A DNA stretch of 64,000 nt from Chiloscyllium plagiosum (lineage: Eukaryota), in assembly GCF_004010195.1 (NCBI RefSeq), contig NC_057755.1, positions 1,663,306 through 1,727,305 on the forward strand, in the 5' to 3' direction. Each line of letters opens with the position of its first letter. The stretch's first letter is position 1. The translations under genes were made by a program, and so were the position numbers. This document shows, piece by piece, positions 11,990 through 25,700 of the stretch. Under the pieces are notes generated by a model. It made no database searches, was not told the DNA's origin, and worked only from the letters and a program-made list of their open reading frames with translations.

Positions 11990-13642
11990 GAGGCAGATGT
12001 TCGCCGCTAAGGGGACGGCTAGAAAATGGGAAGCCTTCAAAATGACAACGAGAATCCAGAAAATGTATATTCCTGTCAGGGGGAAAGGAAAGGCTTGGAC
12101 CTATAGGGAATGCTGGATGACTAGATAAATGGAGGATTTGGTTGAGAAAAAGAAGGAAGTATATGTAAGGTAAAGACCGGACAGATTGAGTGAATCCTTA
12201 GAAGAGCATAAAGGAAGTAGGAGCATACTTAAGAGGGAAGTCAGGAGAGCAAAAAGGGAACATGAGATAGCTTGGCAAAAAGAATTAAGGAGAATCCAAA
12301 AGGTTTTTACAAATACATAAAGAACAAAATAGTAACTAGGAAAAGAATAGGTCTCCTCAAAGGTCAGCAAGGCATCCTTTTTGTGGAGCCTCAGAAAATG
12401 GGGGAGATACTAAATGAATATGTTGCATCAGTATTTACTGTGGAAAATGATATGGAAGATATAGACTGTAGGAAAATAGATGGTGATACCTTATAAAATG
12501 TCCAGATTACAGAGGAGGAAGGGCTGGATGTCTTGAAATTGGTAAAGGTGGATAAATTCCCAGGACCTGATCAAGTGTACCAGAGAACTCTGTGAGAAGC
12601 TAGCGAAGTGATTGCTGGGCCTCTTTCTGAGATATTGTTATCATCGAAAGTCACAGGTAAGGTGCCGGAAGACTGGAGGTTGGCTAACGTGGTGGCACTG
12701 TTTAAGAAGAGCGGTAATGACAAGCCAGGGAACGATATAACAGTGAGCCTTACCTAGGTGGTGGGCAAGTTGTTGGACAGAATCATGAGGGACTCGATGT
12801 ACATGTGTTTAGAAAGGCAAGAACTGATTAGGGATAGTCAGCATGGCTATAAATGCGAGCTGCTGCATTTTGGGAAAGCAATTCTTAGCAGAACTTATAT
12901 ACTTAATGGTCAGATCCAAGGGAGTGTTGCTGAACAAAGAGATCTTGGAGTGTAGGTTCATAACTCCTTGAAAGTGGAGTCGCAGATAGATAGGATAGCG
13001 AAGAAGGCGTTTGGTATGTTTTCCTTTATTGGTCAGAGTATTGACACAGGAGTCAGGAGCTCATGTTGCGGCTGTACAGGACACTGTTGGAATATTGCGT
13101 GTAATTCCAGTTTTCTTCCTATCGGAAATATGTTGAAAATCTTGAAAGGTTTCAGAAAAGATTTATAAGTATGTTGTCAGGGTTGGAGGATTTGAGGTAT
13201 TTGGAGAGACTGAACAAGCTGAGACTGTTTTCCCCTGAGCATCGGAGGCTGAGGGGTGACCTTATAGAGGTTTACAAAATTATGAGGGGTATGGAGAGGG
13301 TAAATAGTCAAAGTCTTTTCCCTGGGGTCGGGGAGACCAGAACGAGAGGGCATAAATTTAGGGTGAGAGGGGAAAGACATAAAAGAGACCCAAGGGGCAA
13401 CTTTTTCACGCAGCGGTTGCTCCGTGTTTGGAATGAGCTGCCAGAGGAAGTGCTGGAAGCTGGTACAATTGCAACATTTCAGAGGCATTTGATTGGGTAC
13501 ATTAATAGGAATGGTTTGTAGGGATATGGGCCAGGTGTCTGCAGGTGGGTTTAGATAAGGTTGGGATATCTGGTCTTCATGGGCAGGTTGGCTAGAGTGG
13601 TCTGTTTCCATGATGTACATCTGCATGACTCTATGACTCTAT
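11990..13642 (+). mobile_element. 5'-truncated, internally deleted CR1 LINE nested in Gypsy
   Basis: ORF2 remnants KENPKGFYKYIKNK, KxPGPD and RRLRGDLIEVYKIMRG; terminal atgactct repeats at about 13626-13642. Confidence 0.9.
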
Positions 13643-15114
13643 CTGTTACTGCAGTATAAGGACATACGTAAGAATCAGATGGGAAGGACTAATGTCATTC
13701 TACATGAAGTAGACAAAGGGAATAGTGCCGTAATAAAAAAAAACATATCGGCTTAATCCTGTTAAAGCCAGACAGGTCGAAATGAAGTTGGAGGCCATGC
13801 TCGATGCGCACATCAACGAACCAAGCCAGAATGAGTGGGGTTCACCAATCGTCTCAGTTCCCAAACTGACGGGACTCAATGATTTTGCGTGGATTTTCAG
13901 ATGGTCCATGCTGCTATAAAATCGGATTCATATCCAATTCCTATATTGGAGGACTGTATCGATAAATCCTGAAAAGCCAGTTACATTACCAAGTTGGACT
14001 TAATACGAGGTCACTAGCAGTTGCATTTATCAGAGACGGCATAAAATGTTTTTGCATTTGTCAAGTAGGCTATATCGGTTTAAGATAACGCCCTTTGGAA
14101 TGAAGAATGCGCATGTCACGTTCCAAAGGTTCATGAACAGAGTTGTGGCAGGGTTAACAAACTGTGCAGTCCATTTGGATGATGTAGTGCTCTTTAGTAA
14201 GTCCTGGAAAGATCACATGGTACAGTTGGGAGAGCTCTTTGAATGACTATGAGAAGCAAAACTGGTGATAAACTTAAATAAAACTGAATTTCCGAAAGCA
14301 GAGGTGACCTATTGGGGTTATAATATCAGTTATGGAAAGTTTTTGCCACGAACGATGAAGGACATCACAGAATTTCCACGACAAATGTTCACAAAAGCGT
14401 TGCTTAGTGGGTTCAATCGGAAGATTGCACCAAACCTCACAGTGCAGTGACACCTTTAACCAAGTGGCAGAAGACGAACACAAAGTTTCGGTGGATTGAA
14501 CAATGTGAGGAAACATTCGACCATTTGAAATCAACATTCACCACCAAAACCAGTTTTAGCTAAACCAAATGATTCAAAATGTTTTAAAGTCACGATTGAT
14601 GCTAGTGACATACGAGTTGGAGCTGTACTCCAACAGGAAGATGAGAATGGGATTGAATAGCCAGTCCGGGTTACTTTTCGAAGAAGAGCAGCATCAAACA
14701 GATCGAAAACGCAGTATTCGGTTTGGTACTGACTTTACAACATTTTATTGTGCATGTCACAAGCAATGTGCTGGAGATGGTTGCATACACGAATCACAAT
14801 TGTCTAACATTCTTCGAACGCTTTCAAGACAAGAATATTTCATTGGAGTCTTATGTTTCAGATTTTTAAATTAAAGATCGTACATGTTGCTGATCATAAG
14901 AATACAATCGCAGAGGCTTTATCACTGATTTAAGTGATAAAGTGTAGATGAAATTAGTTTTTTTTAATGTTGTATGCATGCTCCCCCACTCCCTGACCTC
15001 TCCGCCCCCACCCCACTCCGGTCTATCACCCTCACCTTGCAATTCCAACGCCCCTCCCCCAAGTCCCTCCTCCCTACCTTTTATCTTAGCCTGCTGGACA
15101 CACTTTCCTCATTC

Positions 15115-15142
15115 CTGAAGAAGGGCTTATGCCCGAAACGTC
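15115..15142 (+). ncRNA. Minimal hammerhead ribozyme motif (family B), tandem copy 1
   Basis: CUGAAGA-A-GGGC-UUAU-GCCC-GAAA-C-GUC with palindromic ACGU and a GUC cleavage triplet. Helix I is weak (auuc/gauu). Confidence 0.6.
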
Positions 15143-15517
15143 GATTCTCCTGTTCTTTGGATGCTGCCTGACCTGCTGCGCTTTTCCAGCAACACATTTT
15201 CAGCTCTGGTCTCCAGCATCTGCAGTCCTCACTTTCTCCTCGAAGATGTTAACCTACTGCGAATCCTCTTACAAGGATGTCTTCTTGAAGAAGCTCTCTT
15301 CCTCCCTCTACAAGGATTTCAGTGAGTCCCTCTCTCACTGCACACCCCAGGTCATCTCCTCTGCATCACCGCCTTCCTAACCTGCAATCTTCTTCCTGAC
15401 CTCTCCGCTCCCACCCCACTCCGGCCTATCACCCTCACCTTGTAATTCCAACGCCCATCCCCCAAGTCCCTCCTCCCTACCTTTTATCTTAGCCTGCTGG
15501 ACACACTTTCCTCATTC

Positions 15518-15545
15518 CTGAAGAAGGGCTTATGCCCGAAACGTC
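15518..15545 (+). ncRNA. Minimal hammerhead ribozyme motif (family B), tandem copy 2
   Basis: Core identical to 15115-15142, 403 nt downstream. Confidence 0.6.
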
Positions 15546-16129
15546 GATTCTCCTGTTCCTTGGATGCTGCCTGACCTGCTGCGCTTTTCCAGCAACACAT
15601 TTTCAGCTCTGATCTCCAGCATCTGCCGTCCTCACTTTCTCCTCGAAGATTTTACAGCTGGCTGGTTTTGAAATTTGTCGTTTGGTAAATATTAATAGGG
15701 AATTTTATCGGACCAATGTTACAGAAAGGCATTCGAATAAAATTAAAAGGAAGGAGCTGTAAGTAGTTGTTAGTTAACTATTCTCTGTTATACCTTAAGA
15801 AATAAAGTTGTTATCCTTATTTTAAATAGAGTTTGGCCTCTCCGATTTTCACAGATTACTGTACACGATAAATCTTTTCTGTCAGGCTGGTTTTAATGAA
15901 ACAGGGCAGTTTATCTGTGTCGTTATACTAATATCAACCTCACAACATGAAGTTCACATATGTAGTCTTGCTCTCTATTTCCGTCCTTCATCAGTTCTCA
16001 CACCAAGTTCCATTTCCCCATGAGGATATGCCCCGTTGACAACAATGACTCCTGCTCAAACATTTCTAGATTTTGACACTTCTGCATCCCAGTCACTGGT
16101 TATTATGGGAAACAACACATATTCTGGAA

Positions 16130-17660
16130 GGGGGAGAATAACTGAAGAGCATCAGGGAAGACAGAGAGTGAGAGAGAGTGTTAAAGGTGGTAAGAGGCAG
16201 AGACTTCAACAGACAGTAATGGGGATAGGATTAAATAGACAATAGTAAAGAGAGGGTTAAATAGACCGTAAGGGGGAGAGGGTTAATTAGAGGATAAGGA
16301 GGGTTGGATTTAATGCAAAGTAATATTAGAGGTGCAAATGTAGTTATATAGAAAGAAGATTAATTGAGCGAGGATAGCGTTAACTACGGGGAAAGTGAGA
16401 GGAAGTAAAATCATAAAGCAGGGACATGTGTAATGCGAAGACATTTCAATATAATGGAAGAGAGAAATTGAGAAGGAGTGCAATATAGAGAAAATTGAAA
16501 GCAATGCAAGCGGGAGATGGTTGAAGACAGAAAAATAATTTAATGTAAAGTAATTGGGGAGATGTATTTAGGGAGTAAGAGGAAATTTGTTGATTACAGG
16601 GGCACAGGGCGAGGGCTAACACAGGGAAAGCTGCAGTAATTGTAATGAGCTGGATCTAATTGAATATAGATTGCCTGATTCGGACAGTGAACTTAAAAGG
16701 AGTCCTGGCTGACCGAGTGTCAGCAATTCAGGTCACTCCAAGAACCAGCTTGATCAGTGTGATTTACTATGCACGCGTAACTGTAGGATGAGTTAGTGAT
16801 GAGTTACCAGTTTTTGTAGAAAAGAAGAGAATTTAACACAGTACTCGGGAGAGGAGTGAATAGAGAATAATAGAGACAGTGTGGAATACAGGGGGGCATG
16901 GAGAGAGTTAAGTACAGGGGAAAGGGAGGGGAGTTAACGCTGAGTAATAGAAAAGGAAAAGTAATTCAAGAGTACTGAGTTGAGGCTTGAACACAGGAGA
17001 GCACGGAGAGAATTAAGTAATGGGAAGAGGAGAGGGTTCAATACAGAGTGGAGATGATTAAATCTAAAGTAGCAGTGAAAGGGCTAATTAGAGAGCAACA
17101 GGCCGAAAACTGAATACAGAAATGTTTAAAGATTGTGATGGGTGGGGTATAAATTGAGTGGGTTCAGTGGAGAGAAGTTGTGAGAGAATTAAATATAAAA
17201 CAATGAGGAAATGATTAAATAACGAGTAACAGGAAGAGGATTGACAACAGGGTAAAAGAGGGATGGTTAAACACTGGGAAATATGGAGCATTAACTACAT
17301 AAAAAGACAGGAATAACTAAAGATTAATAGGTTAGGATTAATTGCAGGCTAACAGGAAGCGGATTGAATACAGAACAGGGAATAGGCAGGACTGAATACA
17401 GATAACAGCTTGAATACAGATAACAGCTTAAATACAGTGTATCAGGGAGTGGCTTAAATGCAGAGAGAGAGAAGTTAAAAGGCACAGTAATCAGGAGAGA
17501 ATTAAATACTGGGAAGTGTGTGGGTTACATACAAGTGAAAAGAGAGCAAGTAAATGCAGATTAACAGTTTTGCATATAGGGAAATATAAATGCTTAACTA
17601 CAGGGAAATAGAGTGGAATACATACAGTGCAATAGCGATTGGAGTTGGGGTTGAATGGTC
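16130..17660. repeat. Purine-rich degenerate minisatellite, copy 2
   Basis: Same motifs as 2555-3660, preceded by the same acacatattctggaa anchor. Confidence 0.7.
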
Positions 17661-18294
17661 TCCTTGTGTTCCTGTGGACAGGCTGAAGAAGGCGCTGAAT
17701 GGCCTCTTCCTTGTCCAATGCTGTTGGGTATGTTTATGCCAACAAGAGGCTCATTCATTCATTGAAAACTAAATTGAATTTAAAAAATGTCAGTGAAAAT
17801 TTCAAATCTCTAGCTATCTTTTCTTCCTATTTCAAATGATATCTGCTTTCAGTGTTCCGAATATTTCAGTTGTGCATAGTAAATTAGCGGGATATTTCAT
17901 GTGAATTTTATACCATTAACCAGTGAAGTGGGCAGGCAAATGACAGGTAAAGTTGGAAGTAAGAAAACTTCGTTGTTTTTGGTAAACAGAGATAACATAA
18001 ATTAAGTCACGCAATTCTGGAAAGGACATCATAACATCAAAACGTGGAGGGTTACACTACTTCTATGGAAAGTGACTGGGAAGGTCGTGTTCTTTGTACA
18101 AAAAGGTACAAAGTCGAGTTGAATTCAAAGGAAAGAGAAACGTTATTAAACCTGTATAGCTCAGCAGTAAATCACAGTCAGGACTATCAGTCCAGATTTG
18201 AACTCTTCAAAATCGAATGGCTTGTATTGGTTTAAGACTGGGTTCTGCCCTCTCCTGAACAGTGCAGGATGTCAATGCAGTGGCTTCTTTCGGA

Positions 18295-18625
18295 TGCTAT
18301 GTTTACTCAGTGGTTAGCACTGCTGCCTCACAATGCCAGGGAGCCGGGTTTGATTGCAGCCTCGGGTGACTGCCGTTGTGGACTTAAACACACTCTCATC
18401 GTGTCTGCATGGGTTTTGTCCGGGTGCTCCAGTTTGCTCCCACACTCGAGAAGATGTGCAGCTCAGGTGAAATGGCCATGCTGAAGTGCACACGGTGTTC
18501 AGGGATATATATTTTAGGTGCATTTGCCATGGGTAAATATTGGTTAGTGAGTGGGTCTGGGTGGGTTACATTTCTGAATGGACTTACTGGGATGAACTGC
18601 CAGTTTCCACCCTGCAAGGATTCTA
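18295..18625 (+). mobile_element. HE1/V-SINE-like tRNA-derived SINE
   Basis: ctcagtggttagcactgctgcctcac (A box), gggtttgattgc (B-box-like) and a central gtgtctgcatgggttttgtccgggtgctccagtttgctccca domain. Related fragments at about 45165-45370 and 56610-56820. Confidence 0.75.
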
Positions 18626-19987
18626 TTCTCGTCTGTGGGAGGAGACTGATAGTCATAGGAATAGAGCAACAGAACATTCAGATCCCATCAACTTGTTCCA
18701 CCATTCAATATTTGATCTGTAACCTCACACTGTATGTATGAATTTGTGCCTTACCCTTTAATAATGCCGCTTAACAAAGAAAAATCTATTTCAGATATAA
18801 AATTAACATCTAATCCAGCATTCAATACCCTTGTCGAAGAAAGTTCCAAACATCCACCACACGTTTTGTGTGCAAGTGTTTCCAAACATCTCTCCTGAAC
18901 ACACTTGCCATATTTTACAGACTGTATCCCTTTGTGCTCGAATCCCCAAACATTGGGAAAAGTTATCATTATATACCCTCTCTTTGAGGTTCTACAGAAC
19001 CAAGGCCTATTTTTTACAGTCTCACCTCACAACTAACATCCAATCATCATATTTGCAAAACGACACTATACTCCCTCCAGGGCCAATATATCCCTTCTTA
19101 GGGTCTGGTACCTGGACCTGCTCACAGTCCTCCAAGTGAGATCGAACCAGTGTTTTGTATAACTGCAGCATAAATCTGTGGCCTGAGTTTGATGAATTCA
19201 CTGGCGAGAACAACATTTTTTGCCCAACCCCGACAGCAGTCAAGAGTCAGCCATATTGCTGTCGCTCTAAAGTCACATATCGGTCAAACGAGGTGAGGTT
19301 AGCAATTTTCTTCCCAAAAGAATATTAGTGAAATTTCACTCGTTGATTTTGTTTTCCTGGAAAATGCTAACGCAAAATGAATAATCGATATGTTGGTCCT
19401 TTCTCTTTCGCTATTGACAACATCGCCTTTAATCTTTGTTTACATATGATCTGATCTACTTTCTTACTTAGTGGGCCTTGTTGGACACTAATACTATTTG
19501 GTTCATCATCATTAAAGATATAGATAAATAAGCCACGTTACAAAAAAAAAGTCCTTCCCTCTAATATCACGAGTAACCTTGCAGTTCTGAAATGTATTTG
19601 CCCATTCAGTAGTCGAAAATCCTCAATTACAGCCAATCAAACTGGAGTTGGGGCTGTTCTTTTTATTCCAACGGTTCCCGCTTCTTTGTTCTGGTACTCT
19701 TTGGAGTCCATGCTGGATCTCTTTGATTTGATTGGCTTCTTTTCGCTATTATGTGGACGCGCCAGTGTTGACCTGGGGGTGAAAGAAGTCAGAAGTCACA
19801 CGACATCAGGTTATTGTCCAAGAGATTTATTTGATTTCACAAGCTTTCATGTGACCTCAGATCTCCTTTTCGCTCCCTGTTCAGTTAATTTCTAATTGCA
19901 GTGGCTTAGTAGTAGTTTGGTGCAACAACGTAATTAGCAATAATTTACATCATTTTCTATCTCAGGAAAGTTGTTACATAAAATAGG

Positions 19988-20112
19988 ATTGGATAATCTG
20001 TGGCCAATGGGAGTTAACTCACCGTTGTCACCTGCTTGCTCATATTCTTAAATAAATGAATTGAACCACATTGTATTGTAACAGTCCCCCAGGCGATGTT
20101 AGCAGGTATAAA
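19988..20112 (+). promoter_or_regulatory. Candidate core promoter of the GPCR gene: ATTGG 19988-19992, CCAAT 20004-20008, TATAAA 20107-20112
   Basis: Motifs read directly. TATA lies about 80 nt upstream of the exon-1 ATG. The paralogous positions in the pseudogene have lost both CCAAT and TATA. Confidence 0.6.
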
Positions 20113-20187
20113 TGAAAGACTTTCACATTGTATCACCTCGGCATTTAGTGAAGAGTGATTGCCTGCGCACAGAGGTTCAGGAAGAAC

Positions 20188-20254
20188 ATGACGTTTTCAT
20201 TTTATTACATGCGGAAATTATTTTACATGACTCTTCCGACTGTAACAATCCCCG
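20188..20254 (+). CDS. GPR139-like class A GPCR, coding exon 1 (MTFSFYYMRKLFYMTLPTVTIP plus first base of V)
   Basis: ATG at 20188 and 22 open codons plus 1 nt, then the consensus donor G|GTAAGT. Phase 1 matches the exon-2 acceptor (G+TT = Val, then Asn of TM1). The donor context acaatYcccg|gtaagtgct is conserved in the paralog at 51625. Confidence 0.8.
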
Positions 20255-20624
20255 GTAAGTGCTGTACAACATTGAATTTGTGTCAATCTGTCTGATGACT
20301 GGCTGCGGGTTCACACTGCCAATGGCAACGATATATGGACATGTTGTGCCCAAAAGTAACGCAGTGGCAGACGATTGGTACTTTAAACTCAGATTACAGG
20401 GACGCTGTGCAATTCCCATCATTGCAGATTTCACTGGAATTGCCTGGGAAATTATTCATCTCTGCTGAGAAACTTCCAGAAATGTCCTTCCAGAAACTTC
20501 AGTTGGAGGCTACGGAGAACTTCAATGGAATTAAGGCAAGGAATCACTTTGGAAAAATATAAGCCATAATATTTTATGTAGAGAGTGCAAAATTATTTAG
20601 CTTGTGTTTGGGTTTTTGTATATG

Positions 20625-23600
20625 TATTTTTATTGAAAAAGAACAATTTTAAGATATTTTGCAAAATTACAAAAATAATACAAACTAAGGTTGATAACAA
20701 CCTTAGTTTGATAACAGTTTAACAGTTTGATAACAACGCCAATATAAAATTAAATATATATTTTTTAAAAACTACTAAGCTATTCTACAAACAAGCGAAA
20801 CTTTAAATAAGATATCATGCATTGCTGACAGTAAACAACAAAGTAATTAAATAAATAGATACATGCTCAAATAGATTTTCATCAAGCCATAATAGAACCC
20901 GTATTTATACTGGATTCTTCATCCCGGGGACCCATAAACCAGCCAGAACCATTACCACAGCTAAACAAAAGCCCTGGACAGTATGGCCGAAATGTCTGTG
21001 TCGATGTAGCTCAAAAAGGGCTGACATGTTTTATAAAATAATCCCGTTTTTTGGTGCACCATATTCTTGAGGAAGTCAAGGGGGATAATTCCATGCTTAA
21101 CCTGTGCCCGTTTGAAATATCTGGGGGCTTTCGGATATCCAATTCACTAAAACATGTTTCCTCGCACAAAAGGACAGGATAGTAAATAATTTCCTCCCGT
21201 ATACGTCCAGGGAGGGAAAATTTGGAGAACCCAAACGTAGGGACGTTGGACCCAATCCAAACTGCGTGCCAAAATCTCTGTCAAGACATTTGCTACTTTA
21301 TCTCAATACCTACGGAACTTATGTCATGTCCATACAAAATACGTGAGAAAGCAAACTTCCATTTTGCATTTAGGACACATTGGGGATGCTCCTGTCATGA
21401 ACCTTGTGAGTCGTTTAAGTGCCATATGAGCCCTGTGAAGTATCTTAAATTGAGTAACCTGAGCTCTGTTACAGATAGAGATCTTTCTGCCATTCTCCCA
21501 GACGTCATCCCATATTTCTAGAGACGTCCTATCCTCATTCTTGATTCCCGTTTTTACATAATCTTTCCATGTTCTTCGAGACTTTATTATATAGCTAATG
21601 ATAAAGAGTACCGACCTAGGGCGGCCCCATCGGCCAAACTATTCTTTTTTCCCTATCCAATTTATAAGGATTGTCTATCAGTGTGGTCTTCTTCTGTATA
21701 AAATGTCGGACATGAAAATACCGAAAGAGGTCAGAGTTAGCAGTCCAAACGTCTGCAGCAGGTACTTAAAGGGCATAATAATCTCCCCATCGAACAGATC
21801 TCCCAAACAGGAAATACTTCTGGATTCCCAAGTTTGAAATATAGCATCCGTCAGCCCTGGCTGAAATCCCGATGTTCCCACTATAAGGGGAGGATTCTTT
21901 TGCAGGTTACCTTCATCTTGTTGCATTATCCTCCAGGCTTTAATTGTATTTAGTATTTAGTACAATTTAGTCCGTAATAACTCTCATCTTGTCCATAAAA
22001 ACTAGATTGATGAGAGGACATTTTGCTTGGGAAGTCTCAATATCTAACCAGATTGATTGTGGGTAACAAGAGACCCAGTCAACTACATAAGATAATAACG
22101 AGCTCATTTGGTATCTCCTGAAATCTGGAAAGTCCAGTCCTCCCCTTGCCTGTGTTAGCTGCAGCTTTTCTAATTTGATAAGGGACCGTCTATGACGCCA
22201 AATAAAGGTGCCGAGCCAATTGTAAAGCTTACACAACGCCTCTCTCGGCAGCATCAAGGGGAGCATTCTCATACGATGTAGAAGACAAGGTAGAATATTC
22301 GGCTTATTTAAGACTACTCTGCCTAGCCATGATATTGGGAGATCACCCCAGCGTTGAAGGTCCTGCATTATTTTCTCTAATAAGTGTACATAATTGGCTT
22401 TAATAGCTGACCAAATACTGGAGTGATAAAATTACCTAAGCACAGAAAACCTTCTCGTGACCACCGATAAAGAGCAACAAGATCCGTCCGGTAAATTGGA
22501 TATACTGGCCAGGCCTCCCAATGGCATGGTCTCCATTTTCATAAGCTTGATTTTGTAACCTGAGAACTTACTGAATAGACTTATCACTTGAATTAAGTGG
22601 GACAAGGATGTCAAAGAATCATTTAAGAAAAGGAGTACATCATCTGCATAGAGCAATTTTGTGCTTGCCCGATCCAACCCTTGGTGTCATTTTATTAGGG
22701 TCAGCTCGTATAGCTTCCACTAGTGGTTCAATCACTAGCGTAAATAATAATGGTGAGAGAGAACATGCTTTGCAACAGCCTCTGCCAACGCTAAAGCTAT
22801 CCAAACTTAAACCGTTGGTGATCAAAGCTGCTTTGGGATCATTATATAATACTGAAAACTATTTAGTAAAGACCTCTCCAACAATGAACCGTTCCAGTAT
22901 ATAAAAATAATACGGCTTTTCTACCCGATCAAATACCTTCTCTGAATCTAGGGAGACAACTAAACCCGGTATTGTTCCATGTTGGAGGGTTGTGTCATAT
23001 TTAAGACCCTCCTAATGTTATTAGTTGACCTGCGACTCTTTTTAAACCACGTCTGGAACTCTTTAATAATGAATGGTAAAATCCTCTGCAGTCTTAATGC
23101 TAACATTTTTGAAAGAATTTTAAAATCCACATCTAATAAGGATATGTGTCTGTATGAAGAGCAATCTTCTGATGCCCTTCCTTTCTTATGAATGAGAGAA
23201 ATATTTGCTTCTTTCAATGAAGGCGGGAGGAAGCTCTGACTGTGTGTGTAATTGCACATATTTATGAGTGGCCCGGCCAGTTCTCCTATAAATTCTTTAT
23301 GGAACTCAATCTGGAATCCATCTAGCCCAGGCGCTTTGCCATTCGGAAGCTGCCTAACCGCGTCCTGTACTTTATAGGTTGTCAAGGGGCATTCAAGATT
23401 GACACCTGCTTCGAGGGTAGGTGCGGAAGGGCCAGATTGTTCAAGAAAGACTCTATCTTCCTATTTCTATGGCTACAGACTTGCAACTTACGCAACTCAA
23501 AATAGAGCTTTCTCAAGGCCGGATTGATCTTTTCACGATCACAAATCAGGGTATCAGCACTTTTTCTAATGGATGTAATGGCTTCGGGAGCCTTTTGTCT

Positions 23601-24395
23601 TCCTGGAAAGGTACGCTAGATACCTGCCAAGCTTGTCACCACATTCAAATAATCTCTGCTTCACGAACAGTATTTCCCTCTTTGCTGTTTGAGTAAGGGC
23701 GATCCTCTGTAGCTCAGTAATGGAAGGCCTTTCAACATATGCAATTTCAGCTGCTTTCAAGAGAGCCTCGAGCAGGTGCTGTTGCTCTCCTTTTAGTCTT
23801 TTCTGGGTCACAGAATATGAGATGACCAAGCCTCACGCGTATGCCTTAGTGGTCTCCCACATCATCAAATGGTTACTAGCCATACCTGGGTTGATATCCT
23901 AGAAGTTTTTGAATTCTTGCGAAAAATACCTTATAAATTTGCTATCCTTCAATAAGATTGGATCCATACGCCAATGTGGGAAGCCTTTGCCATCATCCCT
24001 TGTCTTAACTTACACGTATACTGCGGAATGATCAGAAATAGTTATATTACCTATTTTACAAGACATTCTCGAATTCAAAAGGGTCGAGGGGGCAAAAAGC
24101 ATACCAATTCTGGTATGGAACTTGAGTGAGTTAGAATAGAAAGTAAAGTCTCGACCCTGGGAATGAAGACACCTCCACATTTCTACTAGTCCTAGATCCT
24201 TCACCTCTAACAGATCCGTCAGTTGCATGGTTTTCAGAAATATGCCCGCAGTGTTCCTAGGTATCCCAGCCGTCTCTGGGAATATAAAACCATTAAAATG
24301 TCCCCCGAAAGTGTATGGCGTTCCCCGAAAGCCATTAACTTAGCGAACGCATCCGTTACAAATTTAGAAGTGTGTGGCTTGAAGTGCCCTCCCTC
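20625..24395 (-). mobile_element. 5'-truncated L1-clade LINE (EN-RT ORF2 remnant) in the GPCR intron, antisense
   Basis: Fragments DFTFYS...HTRI...ISDHSAV (endonuclease), KAPGLDGF...YRHISLLDVDFKILSK, SLSPLLF, LYADD and WGDLPISWLGRV. Minus-strand AATAAA at 20629-20634. Absent from the paralogous intron. Confidence 0.9.
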
Positions 24396-25409
24396 AACTC
24401 ATTTAGAGGGAACTTGGATCTTCACCTGAGGTGTGCAGACCTTTAATGCTGTGGACCAGGAGCTGGAAAATTGGATCAGAAGAGATAGACAGTTTATTCA
24501 GTTGACGTAGGCATGACTGACCTCTTTCTGTGCCATAACTTTCTTGCAATTCTGTTGGATTGTAGAAAGACTGAGAAGAATTAAGTCGTATTTACTTGGT
24601 GGGTAGAATTGGCTTTTTCTGTGTTGTCCATTAAATTGAATTCCAGATGACCGTGGCTACATTCCAGTTGTTCCCTCAAGAAGTGTTTGTAGCTTCATAT
24701 TTTTACAATGCACGAAGCAATTTTGCATGGGGAGGAGTATTATTAACTAAATTTAGAACATGAGAATTTATCAATTCATTGGGTTCTTATTGCTTACCTT
24801 GTTTAGAAATGCTCATTACAAAATAAAGTGTGTTTCTTTAAAAAAAGAATTGTTGAAAATTCTTGTTCTGTCTATGAACTGCTGAGTATTTGGAATATCA
24901 CTTGATATGTTAATTGCACCTGACATGATCAAAACACAATAGAGAGTCAGAGAGACCTGATTTTATTCATAACGTCGTATTTTAATATACAATGGATTGG
25001 AGCTGCTGTATTCAGTATTTGTAGTGGTGCATTGTCTGCTTTGGTTTGCATTGTGTTGCTTATGTATAAAGTTTCAACAAATACATTCGAAAACTATTTC
25101 AATCAGACAATGCAGATAATGCAGCAAAACAGTCACATCTACCTATTTGCATTTTATCTTATTTGTTGATTGAATGTACAACCAAAATTAGAACATTTGC
25201 TAAATATGACCAGGATATGTTCACTTCACAAAACAAACTATGTGGGATTCAGTGAGTTAACATACCCTCGCTTTATCATCACAGATCTTGGTTTTTGCCT
25301 TCAATGATGAAACAAAACTTTCTTAACTCTGTTAGCATTCTCATTCCAACCATTACATATTCTCAAGTGCAGAAACTCATGTTTTTGTAATATAGTGACC
25401 AGACCATTC

Positions 25410-25657
25410 TATATGGAGGCCAGGGAAAGACTGTGTCTGTAGGAGCTGCTCCTTAGTTGTGGTGTTTTAAGCTGTTAGAGCTGATTTCCCGAATTTCTGG
25501 AAGACGAATTTTTTTATATATAAGCTGGTGCATTGTTTTGGAAATTTGGGGAAAAAGCAAAATCAAAGCAAGGAAATATAAAAAGGAGGAAGAGAGACAA
25601 CGTGAGAGACGATATGGTCAGCTAGAGAGAGATAGAGATAAAGAGGGAGAGAGAGAT

Positions 25658-25700
<43 letters not shown>

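Larger units (their letters stand above)
14992..15650 (+). mobile_element. Non-autonomous Penelope-like element: two 256-bp direct repeats (14992-15247 and 15395-15650), period 403 nt
   Basis: About 7 differences between the repeats by eye. The same repeat follows the Penelope GIY-YIG remnant at 55350-55982. Confidence 0.85.
10700..15930 (+). mobile_element. Decayed Gypsy LTR retrotransposon (probably Gmr1-like) with nested CR1 and Penelope insertions
   Basis: 5' LTR about 10700 (tgttatg) to 11422 (ca), followed by a degenerate tgg PBS-like motif. RT remnant YRFKITPFGMKNAHVTFQRFMNRVVAGLTNCAVHLDDVVLFS (14046-14246) and RNase H ending ...NTIAEALSLI* near 14933. The partial 3' LTR 15655-15930 matches 11141-11422 (cagctggctggttttgaa...). 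Confidence 0.8.

Noticed and set aside
18295..18365. tRNA gene
   Set aside because: The A/B boxes belong to a SINE head followed by a SINE body; no intact cloverleaf.
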